Virus record (IMG/VR): IMGVR_UViG_3300005617_000005
Location: 1 to 64,000 of that record
Strand: one strand, 5' to 3'
Length of the DNA: 64,000 nt
DNA from: a virus
Of the stretch, positions 38,030 to 48,605 are shown in pieces (position 1 is the stretch's first letter; every line of letters begins with the position of its first letter). A program made the position numbers and the translations under genes. The notes under the pieces were generated by a model that was given only the letters and a program-made list of their open reading frames with translations, made no database searches and had not been told where the DNA came from.

Positions 38030-39712
38030 ATGGAGATCATCCGCTACGACCGCTATTCGTACGGCATCCACGCCGACTACTCGAACGCCCTTCGCGAGAT
38101 CGCGCGCGGGACGCCGGGCATGCAGTGGGATGGCACAAAGCGTGCGTGGGTCGGATGGCCCGATGCCGTGCGCGCGTGTGCTCGTCGACTTCAAAAAGAG
38201 ACGACACTCGAAGTTGAGGGCAAGCTTCCGAGTAGAAAATACACCGCGCGCGTTATCGACCCGGCGCTCACCTCCGATCTGCGGGGGTACCAGAAGGTTG
38301 GCGTCGACTTCCTCGTGCGCCACGCTTCGGGCGGCGCGCTGCTCGCCGACGACCTCGGACTCGGCAAGACGGTGCAGACGTGTCGTTCGTTGATGGCGTT
38401 TCGTAAAGACGCGGTCGTCGTCTGTCCGATGTTCGTGCGCGACACGTGGCTTCGCGAGATCAAGAAGTGGATGGGCGACGACGTTCGCGTCATCGAGCTC
38501 GATGGCACGAAGCCGAAGCGGCCCGTGTGCCCTGTACCTTGCGAGATCTATCGCGGTAAAAAGGAATGCCCCGCGCACGGCAGCGAGCCGTGTCCGTACT
38601 GCTCCTGCGCTGGTCGCCAGACGATCTACCTCGTGCACTACGACATCGTCTACGCGTGGACCGATGTTCTTCGAGAGTCGACGGTGAAAGCGCTCGTGCT
38701 CGACGAGATCCAGATGCTTCAGTCGGCAGACAGCCGGCGGAGTCAGTCGTGTCGCAGCATCGCGATGGGCTGCAAGTACCGCATCGGGCTCTCGGGCACG
38801 CCGATGACGAATCGCCCGGCCGATCTCTGGAATCCGATCGACGTGCTCAGCCCCGGTCGCTTCGGGCGCGATTGGGACTTCTACCGTCGCTACTGCGATG
38901 CGAAGCAAATCACGATCGAGACGCGCTCGCAGGGTCAGATCACGGTGTGGAACAAGGACGGTGCGTCGCACCTCAAGGAGCTTCGCAGCCGGCTGAAGTT
39001 CTTCATGCTCCACCGAACGAAGAGCGACGTGCGCATGGAGCTTCCGCCGCGCACGAGGCAGATGGTCGGCGTGACCGTCGCCAAGAACTACCAAGCGCTG
39101 CCGTCGAAGGCGATCAAGGGCTCGAAGAAGTGGCTGCGCCGAGCGTTCGCGATCGCGGCTGACGGGAAGATTCCGCAAGCGGTCGATCTCATCGAGAGCC
39201 ACGTCAGGAACGGCAGCAAGGTCGTCGTCTACTCGCACCGCAAGGTCGTCGCCGAACTAGTGACGGCGATGCTGATGAAGAAGAAGATCGACGCGCGCAC
39301 GATCACGGGCAAGCTCAATCGCCGGCAGCGCACGAAGTTCATCGACGAGCGGCACGACGTGCTCTCGTGCACGATGGACTCGGTGCAGGTCGGTATCGAT
39401 CTGAGTTACGCCGACGTCGCCGTGTTCGTCGAGCTCGACTACGTGCCGAGCAAGCTCTTGCAGTGCGAAGGCCGCGTCTACCGCTTCGGACAGAAGAAGC
39501 GGACGCTCGTCCAGTACGTGATCGCGAAGGACACCGCCGACGAGACGGTGCGCGACGCCGTGCTTCTCAAGCTGGAGAACTTCGAGAAGGTCATCGGCGA
39601 GACCGACGACGAGCTCGAGGAGGATCTCGCGGCGACGAAGCTCTCGACACCGAAGCAGCTTCGGTCGCTGGCGATGAAGGTGAAGGAACAATCAAGAAAG
39701 TGGGCAGCATGA
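38030..39712 (+). CDS. SNF2-family helicase/ATPase
   Basis: LRGYQ, LLADDLGLGKT, DEIQ, LSGTPMTN, QCEGRVYRFGQ. Confidence 0.9.
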   Translation: MEIIRYDRYSYGIHADYSNALREIARGTPGMQWDGTKRAWVGWPDAVRACARRLQKETTLEVEGKLPSRKYTARVIDPALTSDLRGYQKVGVDFLVRHASGGALLADDLGLGKTVQTCRSLMAFRKDAVVVCPMFVRDTWLREIKKWMGDDVRVIELDGTKPKRPVCPVPCEIYRGKKECPAHGSEPCPYCSCAGRQTIYLVHYDIVYAWTDVLRESTVKALVLDEIQMLQSADSRRSQSCRSIAMGCKYRIGLSGTPMTNRPADLWNPIDVLSPGRFGRDWDFYRRYCDAKQITIETRSQGQITVWNKDGASHLKELRSRLKFFMLHRTKSDVRMELPPRTRQMVGVTVAKNYQALPSKAIKGSKKWLRRAFAIAADGKIPQAVDLIESHVRNGSKVVVYSHRKVVAELVTAMLMKKKIDARTITGKLNRRQRTKFIDERHDVLSCTMDSVQVGIDLSYADVAVFVELDYVPSKLLQCEGRVYRFGQKKRTLVQYVIAKDTADETVRDAVLLKLENFEKVIGETDDELEEDLAATKLSTPKQLRSLAMKVKEQSRKWAA

Positions 39713-40176
39713 AAGCGTTTTTCTTCGGGTATCGAAAAGGCTCGGGTCACGTTTTGATCGTGCCGGGTGGCCAGTCGGCGTTTCACGCGGGCTTTCAAGA
39801 AGAAGATCGCACCATCGTTCACGTGTTCAAGGGGCACGTCGATGGCGGCCTCGCGCCGAAGTGGTCCGGCACGAAAGAGACGATCACGTTCACGGCGAAC
39901 TGGGATCACGCCAGCGACGAGTATCGCCGCGTCGAGTACCGCCTCACGGAGATGCCTCAAGGGCACTACTTGATCCATCACGCGAACGGCTACACGTACA
40001 TGTCGTGGTGGGATCGTACGCAGGGCGACACGCGCGGAGCGTGCAACAGCAACTTCATTCTCGAAGGCACGCACGACGCGGTGAAGATGTTCGACGAGCT
40101 CGTCGTTCACTTTCCACACGTTGTGGAGAACCTGCGGAAAGCCGAAGTCTCGCTTCGTCAGGTGGTGCTGCCGTGA
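39709..40176 (+). CDS. Hypothetical protein
   Basis: ATGA-coupled ORF starting MKAFFFG. Confidence 0.6.
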   Translation: MKAFFFGYRKGSGHVLIVPGGQSAFHAGFQEEDRTIVHVFKGHVDGGLAPKWSGTKETITFTANWDHASDEYRRVEYRLTEMPQGHYLIHHANGYTYMSWWDRTQGDTRGACNSNFILEGTHDAVKMFDELVVHFPHVVENLRKAEVSLRQVVLP

Positions 40177-40548
40177 GCGAGAAAATCGCCGTGCGCGTGC
40201 TGCGTTGTCTTTGCGGCAAGCGCGGGAAATACATCAATGGGTGGTGCGGCGCGTGCCACTACGGCTACATGATGACGCTCACGTATGCCGAACGGACGCG
40301 CGGCATCCGATGGGGATTCGGCGAGCCGCCGAAGGAGAACGACCGATGATCGCTACGATCATCATCGCGGCGGTGTTTTTCGTGTCGGGCTTTGGCTTCG
40401 GCTGGTGCCTTCGTGGCGATCGTCGCTACGTGGTGCGCGAGCGCGACATCACGCGAAGGGTTTGGCCCGAGATCGAGCGGGAGATTTTCGAGGGGCTTGC
40501 ACGTGAACGTGCAGCGCTGCAACAGAAGAAGGACAAGGAGAGAAGTCG

Positions 40549-41034
40549 ATGGAATTGAAGGGGATGTTTCTGCTCTTGCTCACCGCGTGCGGCCCGGACG
40601 CATTCTTCACCATTGGGCCGCTCGTGCCCAACGACGCCGGCGATGCCGAAACGAGCGCGCCTGATCTCGACGCCGGCGACGCGCGCGTCGATGTGCAAGG
40701 CGACTCGAGTGCCGAGGCCGCGGTCGACGCCGGCGACGGCTCGTGTCTCGATGGTACCGAGGCGTGCACCGACGCGTGGATGTCGTACTGCGCGCGCGTG
40801 AAGACGTGCTGCAACGGAGGATGCGCGAATTCGTGGCAGAACAACGGCGGCGCCGAGTGCTACCAGAACTTTTTCGGTGGAAGTGGCATCGCGTGGTGCT
40901 CGAACAATCGGAGCTCGGACATGCGGTGCGCCGAGAAGTGCATCAGCGACATTCAGAACGTGAGCTGCACGACGATCAAGTCGACCAACGGGCTCTGGAT
41001 GGTCTCATCGACCTGCAATACGTACTGGCAGTGA
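40549..41034 (+). CDS. Cys-rich lipoprotein with DAG-rich linker (myxobacterial style)
   Basis: Lipobox LLTAC, several DAG motifs, Cys-rich C-terminal domain. Confidence 0.7.
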   Translation: MELKGMFLLLLTACGPDAFFTIGPLVPNDAGDAETSAPDLDAGDARVDVQGDSSAEAAVDAGDGSCLDGTEACTDAWMSYCARVKTCCNGGCANSWQNNGGAECYQNFFGGSGIAWCSNNRSSDMRCAEKCISDIQNVSCTTIKSTNGLWMVSSTCNTYWQ

Positions 41035-41218
41035 TGCCAAAGCCGATTCCGCTTCACTTCGAGTGCGTCGCTTGTCAGGCGGAGATCAACGAAGCCGAAG
41101 GGGCTCAAGGCGCGCTCGCCGTGTTGATTTTGGTCACCGAGTTCGATGCGGAAACTATCGTGAAGCAGCTTTGCTTTTCACATCGCCGGCAGTTCGAGCG
41201 CGCGAAAGCCGAAAAGGG

Positions 41219-41755
41219 CTAGTCGTCGCAGCGATACGGCCACTCGACTTTTTCGTAGAGCTTGATCGCGAGGTTGTACCGCTTTCGTGCGGGGCCAGCG
41301 GTACCGGCGTAGCTGAAAAGAGGCTCGTCTTTGTTGGCCTTCAACGAGTCCCGCATGATCTCGCGACCCGCGCGAGCGCACGCGAGCGGATCCTTCATCA
41401 GCTCCTCGGGGGTGTACCCCTTTACCCGGTCGATGCCGTCCGCGAAGTGCACCTGGAGAAAGCAGAAAGAGGTCGGTTTGCTCCCTTCTTCCTTGCCGCA
41501 CCCCGGCCAACCCGGCGGCTTGTCCTTACAATCGCCCGCGATTTGCTTGTAGCCGCTCTCGAAGACGCCAATCGCCGTCATCAGAGCCGCCGTTCGGCGC
41601 TCGTTGTTGCCGCCCTTGAATTCCAGCGGTTTTTCATTGCTGGCAGTCGCGATCGCGACGGCGATGTCCTTCGGCGTCACACCGACAATCGTCCCAACCG
41701 ACAGCCATGCGACGACCATCGCCTTCAAAGTCCAGGTGGTGAGCTGTTCGATCAT
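41219..41755 (-). CDS. Putative secreted lysozyme/transglycosylase-like protein
   Basis: N-terminal hydrophobic segment and AALMTAIGVFESG with candidate catalytic Glu; TAGGGT lies 6 nt upstream. Confidence 0.5.
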   Translation of the reverse strand: MIEQLTTWTLKAMVVAWLSVGTIVGVTPKDIAVAIATASNEKPLEFKGGNNERRTAALMTAIGVFESGYKQIAGDCKDKPPGWPGCGKEEGSKPTSFCFLQVHFADGIDRVKGYTPEELMKDPLACARAGREIMRDSLKANKDEPLFSYAGTAGPARKRYNLAIKLYEKVEWPYRCDD

Positions 41756-41811
41756 GCCCGGACCCTAATCCAGCCTTGCGTGCGGCGCAAAAGTGCGCGT
41801 ATTCTCTCGCC

Positions 41812-42579
41812 ATGGGTAGCCCGTCCGAAAAAGAAGCCGATCTCCAAGCACGTGTCGAACGCCTCGAGCAACTGCTCGCGATCTTGCAAGGCCAGAGCGG
41901 TGCTCTCGGATTGCAAACGCCCGGCGCGGCGCGCAACGTCATCAACTCCGCACTGCCCGCGTACACGTACTCGAACGGTGTGATCACCGGCAACGCAGTC
42001 GGCGCGATGGGCGCGAAGGACGGCGTGCTCAACGTCGCGAACGACGTCGTCTTCCTCCCTGGAGGAATCGCGGTCGTCGCATCGCAGCAAGGTGCGTACG
42101 TCGTCACCAACCCCGGAAGCGCGACCGAAGCGTTCGTGCTCACGCGCGTTTCGTGGATGCCCGAGGGCGCCACCATCAAAACCGGCTACCTCGTCCGCAT
42201 GGGCGGTGAGGGCACCGTCTTCCAGAACACCGTTTGGGAGTCGATGGCCGTTGCAGAAGAGTTCGTGGTCGGCGCGATCGACTCGCAGTTCTTCCCGCAG
42301 AAGGTCGAGATTCGAGCGCAGCTCGTGGGTGGACAAATCGCCGGTCTCGCGACCGTGCCGATTCTCTCGACGAGCAGCTACATCGGCCTCACGCGCGCGG
42401 TGTTCGACACCGGCGCGGCGACGGTCATGTACGCCGCAACTGTCGGTGGCGTCGAAGGCATCACGCCCGGCTATCTCGGAACCGCAGCGCTCACCGTCCA
42501 AGCGGTCATCGCGGCAGGCACGATCAACGCGGCCGACGTTTCGACGCTGCACATCCTGATCACCAACGGCCAGCGCTAA
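41812..42579 (+). CDS. Putative spike/fibre protein with N-terminal coiled-coil module
   Basis: MGSPSEKEADLQARVERLEQLLAILQG; promoter TTGCGT-N18-TATTCT-N6-ATG. Confidence 0.65.
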   Translation: MGSPSEKEADLQARVERLEQLLAILQGQSGALGLQTPGAARNVINSALPAYTYSNGVITGNAVGAMGAKDGVLNVANDVVFLPGGIAVVASQQGAYVVTNPGSATEAFVLTRVSWMPEGATIKTGYLVRMGGEGTVFQNTVWESMAVAEEFVVGAIDSQFFPQKVEIRAQLVGGQIAGLATVPILSTSSYIGLTRAVFDTGAATVMYAATVGGVEGITPGYLGTAALTVQAVIAAGTINAADVSTLHILITNGQR

Positions 42580-42617
42580 CGTTGCTCTTACCGTGGGTCA
42601 GCGTGTAAGCTGACGCC

Positions 42618-44360
42618 ATGGGCGCACCGAACGAGAAAGAATCCGACCTCCGAGCTCGTGTCGAACGGCTCGAGCACCTCCTCGCCATGTTGCAGGGAGG
42701 CAGTGCACCGGGTCAGACCTTTGCCGGTCCCATCGTCGCGAACGAAGCGGCAATGGTCGCGCTCACCGGCATTCAAGACGGTGAGCAGGTCTTCGTTCTG
42801 AGCCACCGCTCGATCTGGACGAAGCGAAACGGCGTCGCCGGCACACAAGGTGTCCCGCCGCTCTTTCCACACGAGGTCGATCAAGCCACCGACCTCACCG
42901 GCGTCTTTGCCCGAACGCCATATTCCGATCCCGCGCTCCGTACCGGCATCAACGACGTCTTCATCGATCCGGCGAATCCAGCGGCAGACGATGAGAATGA
43001 TGGCCTCACTGCGCTGACACCGCTCGCGACAGGCTACGAGCTTTTCCGCCGCTGGGGTTGGGGCGCATCGAAACCGATCGTTGGACCAAACCTCGCGACG
43101 TCGCCCGACGGTTTCACAAACGTCCACATTCAAAGCGCCATCCTTTCGCCCGACACGCTTCCGGTGCGCATCACGATCGCGACCAACGGCAGCATGCGCT
43201 TCATTGGCGGCGCGCCGACGACGATTCGCGCGGGAACACTCACCGCTGCGAGCGTCGCAATGAATGCGGCAGTACCGCTCGGGGGAACGCGCCTTCGACT
43301 CACCGACGCCGCTGTCGTTTCGTGGGTCCCGGACATGGCCCCGAATCGTCGCGGTCGAATCACAACGGGGGCGCAAGCCGGCGCGACCTTCCAACCACAA
43401 AGCAATGTCGGAGCTGGCGGCGCTGTCGATTGCAGCGCAGCGCAAACAACCAACGAGCCGGGCTTCAGCCAAGTGCCGACGACCGTCACGCCGGCTGCGG
43501 GCAGTGCCTACGTGATCGAAGCGCTCGTGCAGTGCAACTTCGGTCAAGTGGAGATCACGCAAGAGCAAAATCCTGATTTCGGTGGGTTCAACAGCTTCAT
43601 CAACTTCATCGATCTGAATTTCCCCGTCATCGGAACAAACGCTGTCGGGTGGGAACCCGTCACGGCAGCGGGCACATTCAGCCAACCGTTCTTCAATTTC
43701 TACCAGTGCACGTTCGAGCGAAACCTCGATGTCACCTCGTGCTCCTCCGTGCAGCTCATCGCTTGCTACTTCTTCAACATGCTCGTGCTCAACTACTGCA
43801 CGGGCGGCATTCAAGCGGTCAACGGCGGTGGGATGAATTCCATCGCGCCTGGCGTCTCGGGCGTCAAATGGGCGGCGGTCAGTGATCAGAGCTTGCTCGA
43901 TTTCAACTTCGTCGCGAACCACTCCCTGATCAACCTGATGGGGAATTCGGTCGGAGGCGGGTTCGCGTCGTGGAACGCTGACACTCTTGCCGGGTACAAC
44001 ACCGCAGGGCACGGCGTGATCGTCGGCGTTCGAGGCTTCGCAGGAATGCGCGCGCAAGTCACCTTCGCCAGACTCGTTTGGGGAAACGGCAACGCTGGCG
44101 CCGGTCTTCTCATCGGTGCGAATTGCAATGGAACCGGCGCGCCACAAAACATCACCGGGGTACAGAGCGACTTCAAGCTCGGCAACAAGCTCGTCGGTTG
44201 GTGGTTCAACGATGCGACGGCGGCGTACAATCCGATCGGCGGTAGCGTCGCGACGACATGGGCAGCTCTCGCAGCGGCCGAAGGTGCAGCGGGCTTCGGC
44301 GGAAACGCCCACGAGCTCGACTCGAACAGCCACTTTGCCGCAGCCGAGACGACAGCGTAA
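42618..44360 (+). CDS. Putative receptor-binding spike (beta-helix-like) with the same N-terminal module
   Basis: MGAPNEKESDLRARVERLEHLLAMLQG; FIDPANPAADDENDGLT motif; N/G/F-rich C-terminal half. Confidence 0.65.
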   Translation: MGAPNEKESDLRARVERLEHLLAMLQGGSAPGQTFAGPIVANEAAMVALTGIQDGEQVFVLSHRSIWTKRNGVAGTQGVPPLFPHEVDQATDLTGVFARTPYSDPALRTGINDVFIDPANPAADDENDGLTALTPLATGYELFRRWGWGASKPIVGPNLATSPDGFTNVHIQSAILSPDTLPVRITIATNGSMRFIGGAPTTIRAGTLTAASVAMNAAVPLGGTRLRLTDAAVVSWVPDMAPNRRGRITTGAQAGATFQPQSNVGAGGAVDCSAAQTTNEPGFSQVPTTVTPAAGSAYVIEALVQCNFGQVEITQEQNPDFGGFNSFINFIDLNFPVIGTNAVGWEPVTAAGTFSQPFFNFYQCTFERNLDVTSCSSVQLIACYFFNMLVLNYCTGGIQAVNGGGMNSIAPGVSGVKWAAVSDQSLLDFNFVANHSLINLMGNSVGGGFASWNADTLAGYNTAGHGVIVGVRGFAGMRAQVTFARLVWGNGNAGAGLLIGANCNGTGAPQNITGVQSDFKLGNKLVGWWFNDATAAYNPIGGSVATTWAALAAAEGAAGFGGNAHELDSNSHFAAAETTA

Positions 44361-44368
44361 GGAGAGTC

Positions 44369-45826
44369 ATGGGTACCTATCGAGAAGCAATTCAGCATGC
44401 GCGCGTAGGCGGTACGGCGCGCTGCGGCGGCAAAGAGATTCGGTTTCTCACCTTCGAGGAAGCGGAGCCGATCATCTTGGATGCAATCCCATCGCGTCGA
44501 ACGGTTATCGGCGCAAATGGAAAACCGCTTATCGAGGACACCAAGATCGTGGTCGAGACGTTCGCTGACCCGAACTTCGACACGAAGAAGTTCGGTCTCT
44601 ACGACGTTGGCGTACACCCTGCCGCTCCGTTCACTCCAAGCGACGAGGACATCTACCTTCCCCTCGAGCACGATGACGAGGGCAATCCGAAGCCGCGCGC
44701 GCTTCGAGCCGACTGGGAGCTTCTCAGCGACGAAAAACCTGAAGTCGTCGAGCCCGAAGTCGTCGCACCCGAAGTCGTCGACGAGGCGCTCAGCGAAACG
44801 ATCCCCGAAACACTCGGCGCGATCGACACGGAGCCACCGCAATGATTCAGGTCGGCGACATACTTCTCCTCACGGACACGGCCACACTCGTCCAAGTCAT
44901 CGACGGCAACGATGACGACGGATGGGATTGTCTCAACGAGCAGCACGGCGTGCTCTTCAAGATCGGCGACACCGCTGCACTGCAAGCGCAAGCCACTTTC
45001 GGTGCAACGCCCGAGGCCGATCGCCCGGCGCCCGGCACGCTCGTTTGCACGTTTGCGTCGAAGCCTACCGCGAAGTGGAACCTCGACGGCTACGCGACAA
45101 CCCCCGCATTCGGCCCCGGTCAGATTTGGGCCGTTCTCACCAACATCGACGACCCCACGATCTCGTGCTTCGTCGATCAAAACAGCATTTTCCTTCCATC
45201 CGGTGCGCCATGAACGACAAACAGAAAAAGTGCTCTGGCTTCCCCGGCAAGCCGGGCGAATGCAAAGCGGCAGCGACCGCCGTGGTGATCCGCGCGCGCC
45301 AGCACGTGTGTGAGGAGCACGCGAAGCAGGCCGAAGCCAAAAAGTTCCAAGCGCAGCGCGCGGAGAAAAAGTCATGACCACGCTTGGACAGTTCGTAGGC
45401 TTCGCGGGACGAAGCGTCGGTTCCGTGATCGACGGATCGGGCACGGACGCTGATCCGTGGAAGTTCGAGTTTCAGAGCAAGGACGGCGGCTCCACCTCCG
45501 TGGAGGTCCGCGACGAGACGGGCTTCTACTTCGAGTACATTCCGCTGCTCGACACGCCAGCCGGCTATCACGCCGCAGGTGATCTCGTCGACTTCAGGCC
45601 CGTCGAAGCAGTCTTTCAAGGCTTCGTCGGCGGTCCCTACCCCAAGGGCGTCGTCTCGCGAACGCTTCAGGTCTTCGGCTGGGTGAACTACACCTTCCAC
45701 TACAACGGCGAGGCGTATCCGAACACGACCGATCCGTACGCTGTCCTCGCAGATCCCGACAACGCGGGCTGCTACATTCTCGCCAATCTCCTCGAGCTCG
45801 AAAATCTCACGCCCGTCGCCGCATGA
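44369..45826 (+). other. Small hypothetical genes in the spike region (44369-44845, 44842-45213, 45210-45377, 45374-45826)
   Basis: Coupled ORFs. Confidence 0.6.
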
Positions 45827-47214
45827 TGACCCCCAACGAGCTCGCCAGGCTCGAGCGGCTCGAGTTGCTCGTTGGCCTTCTCCAGAATTCATCTGGAATC
45901 GAGCCGCTCATCGGCGACGTCAACGGCCCGAGCAACGCGAACGCGCTCACGCAGATTGCCGCTCTCGCCGGCGGCGGCAACCAGCTCGTCGGCGTGGACA
46001 ACGCCGGCTTCATCACTGTCGGTGTCGTCCCGCCGCCCGGCCCACAAGCAATGGGTGGCGACGTCACGGGCACCACGGCTGCCAGCGTCATCTCGAAAAT
46101 CCAAGCGCTCGCGGGCGGTGGTGTTCGCTTCGTAGCGGTCGACAACGCCGGCAACGTCGGCACGGCGGTTCCGCCCGCGCCGCCGGCGAACTACCCGATG
46201 GGTGGCGACGTCACGGGCACCACCAGCGCCTCCACCGTCGTGAAGATCAACGGCGCTTCCGTACCTGTTTCCGGCGCGCTCACGACAGGCAATCTTCTGC
46301 AAGTCACGGGAGCAGCGGCACTCGGCTACGCGGCGCTCAACCTTGCAGGCGGAGCCAACTTCGTCACCGGCGTTTTGCCGGAAGCGAATCAAGCCGATCA
46401 GACCATGGGCGGCGACGTCACTGGCTCGACGAGCGCTGCGACCGTCGTCAAGGTCAACGGTGCGACCGTCCCGGCAGCCGGCGCACTGACTCCTGGCAAC
46501 TCGCTGCTCGTCACGGGTGCAGGCGCGCTCGGCTACGGCGCAGTGAATCTCGCTGGCGGTGCAGCGTCCGTCACCGGCGTCCTTCCCGAGGCGAACCAGG
46601 CCGACCAAACGATGGCCGGCGACGTCACGGGTTCAACAGGCGCGAGCGTTCTCTCGAAGATTGCGGCACTCGGTGGAAGCGGCACGGTTGCCGTCAACGT
46701 AGACAACGCAGGCAATGTCATCTCGGGCGGCGCGCCGGCGACGGCCGATCCGTTTGCTTTTCTCTCGACAACCACGGACAACCTCGTCGCATCGTCGGCG
46801 GTGAAGAACTACGACTTCGATCTCTCGGGCGCTGCGTTCACGAACAAGCTGATCCGCATGCGTGCGCGTGGCTACGCGACGACGAAAGACACGGGCGGCG
46901 TTGCGGGTGCGAACCTTACGGGCAGCGCGCACGTGCAGACCGATGCGGTCTACGAGAACAAGAACGGCACGGTGACGTTCGTGTCGGCTGCCGCCGGCGG
47001 CGCCGCGAACCCGATGCCGGCAGTCAACAACGAGATGACCCTTCAACCGCAAGCATGCGATGCGGCGCTTCAGTCGGGCGGCGGCGCGCCTCCCAACCTC
47101 GCGTGGACGGTAACGGGCGGAACGACCGCGCGCTTACAGCTCACGGCTACGAACAACGTGAACCGCGGAAGCTGGGAGATCGACGTATACCAACGCGTGA
47201 AGGCGGCTCCATGA
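45823..47214 (+). CDS. Fibre protein with GDVTG repeats
   Basis: Four M[GA]GDVTG repeats plus IGDVNG; N-terminal LARLERLELLVGLLQ. Confidence 0.7.
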   Translation: MMTPNELARLERLELLVGLLQNSSGIEPLIGDVNGPSNANALTQIAALAGGGNQLVGVDNAGFITVGVVPPPGPQAMGGDVTGTTAASVISKIQALAGGGVRFVAVDNAGNVGTAVPPAPPANYPMGGDVTGTTSASTVVKINGASVPVSGALTTGNLLQVTGAAALGYAALNLAGGANFVTGVLPEANQADQTMGGDVTGSTSAATVVKVNGATVPAAGALTPGNSLLVTGAGALGYGAVNLAGGAASVTGVLPEANQADQTMAGDVTGSTGASVLSKIAALGGSGTVAVNVDNAGNVISGGAPATADPFAFLSTTTDNLVASSAVKNYDFDLSGAAFTNKLIRMRARGYATTKDTGGVAGANLTGSAHVQTDAVYENKNGTVTFVSAAAGGAANPMPAVNNEMTLQPQACDAALQSGGGAPPNLAWTVTGGTTARLQLTATNNVNRGSWEIDVYQRVKAAP

Positions 47215-47509
47215 AGTGCGATTGGTGCGGAAAAAGCGTCGACAGCCTCGCGGCAACCCTTCTGGATGCGCTCGATGGCGGCCCGTGGCGCTGCGACGAA
47301 TGCCGCATGCGTGGTCACTGCAACGATTGCGGGGGCCCGTGCAAAGGCCACACGCGCGATTTCTGCGACGCCCGCTGGCCAGAAGTGAAGTGCACGCATC
47401 CACCGGGCTCGCGGCGATGCGACCACACGACGCTTCACGATGACGACGAGACGTCGGAGCAAGCGCGCGAAGCCAAGAGGCTGAAAACGCGCCGATACTC
47501 GAAAGACGC

Positions 47510-47746
47510 CTAGTCGTCGGGATCGTCGATCGCTTCCATCACGATTGTGTCGAGGTCTTCGAGTCTCGGACCCGCCGCGGGCTCCGTGATGACGTTCGCA
47601 TCCTGAACCGTCTTCTCGATGTCGGCCGAGATTTTCAAAAGTTCATCGCCAGACATCTTGAGGAGTTTTTCGAGTGTCAGTCCTGACACCGTACCGCGCA
47701 CTTCCAACAGAGCGCGGATGACGCAACGACGTCGATGCGGACTCAT
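47510..47746 (-). CDS. Small hypothetical protein
   Basis: MSPHRRRCVIRALLEV...; TATGAT lies 7 nt upstream. Confidence 0.55.
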   Translation of the reverse strand: MSPHRRRCVIRALLEVRGTVSGLTLEKLLKMSGDELLKISADIEKTVQDANVITEPAAGPRLEDLDTIVMEAIDDPDD

Positions 47747-47782
47747 GGGTCGGATCATACCTGCCGCATGGTAGATTGAACC

Positions 47783-48139
47783 ATGCCGCCGACGTCGCCC
47801 TGGGACAAACTTCTCGAACACGGCGTTCTGGGAATTGTCCTCCTGATTGCGCTCTACGTGATCTCGTACCTTTGGCGACGACTCAATCAAGAGCGCGATG
47901 CGAAAGACGAGATGCAAAAAGCGCACGCCGCTGCAATGTTGGCGCAGCAAAAAGAGCACACTGCGACGATCGCGGCGCTTCAAGAGCAACGGCTTCAGAG
48001 CACGGAAAAAATAACCGGGGCGCTCATCAATGCGACCGCTGCCGTGAACAAATCGGCTGAAACCGGTAGCGAGACCAACGATCTCTTGCGTTCGATCGCG
48101 AACGACTATCAGAATAGGCATCGGGGGCCACCACGATGA
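47783..48139 (+). CDS. Holin-like protein (N-terminal TM plus coiled coil)
   Basis: TM GVLGIVLLIALYVISYLW; lies upstream of a lipoprotein and the endolysin. Confidence 0.5.
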   Translation: MPPTSPWDKLLEHGVLGIVLLIALYVISYLWRRLNQERDAKDEMQKAHAAAMLAQQKEHTATIAALQEQRLQSTEKITGALINATAAVNKSAETGSETNDLLRSIANDYQNRHRGPPR

Positions 48140-48380
48140 CGCAACAACAGCCACCAAAAACACCGAGTCTTCCACCGAAGTCAAAGGAAGAAGAAGACGC
48201 GGAAGCGAAGCTCGACGCCGCGTGCGCCGACCTGGACAAGGGTGCGCAAAAACTCGATGCATCCGCGACGAAAATTCGTCGAACGATCTCCGACTCGAAG
48301 ATGCGCGCCGTTCGGCTGCCAACACCGAGCCAGATCGAGCTCGATCCCAAGCCTCTGCCGAAGTGATGTAACCTAGGTGC

Positions 48381-48605
48381 ATGCGCACCTTGTTCATCCC
48401 GCTCCTCGCCTTCTCCACGGCGTGCCACGACGAATCGAAACCTGTCGTTACGCCAAACGGCCCCTCGGCAGATTGCAGCGCTGAGCGTATCCAGCAAGAG
48501 CTGGAGTGCGTGAAAACGAACTCGACGCGCGCCGGCGCCGACAAGTGCATCGCCGATCTACCGAAGAAGGACTGCACGAAGCTCGCGCCTGACGGAGGTG
48601 CGTGA
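48381..48605 (+). CDS. Small lipoprotein, possibly spanin-like
   Basis: MRTLFIPLLAFSTAC lipobox; TAACCT lies 6 nt upstream. Confidence 0.5.
   Translation: MRTLFIPLLAFSTACHDESKPVVTPNGPSADCSAERIQQELECVKTNSTRAGADKCIADLPKKDCTKLAPDGGA

Noticed and set aside
38345-38371. GLG motif in the SNF2 protein as a processing tag
   Set aside because: It is part of the Walker A motif (DDLGLGKT).
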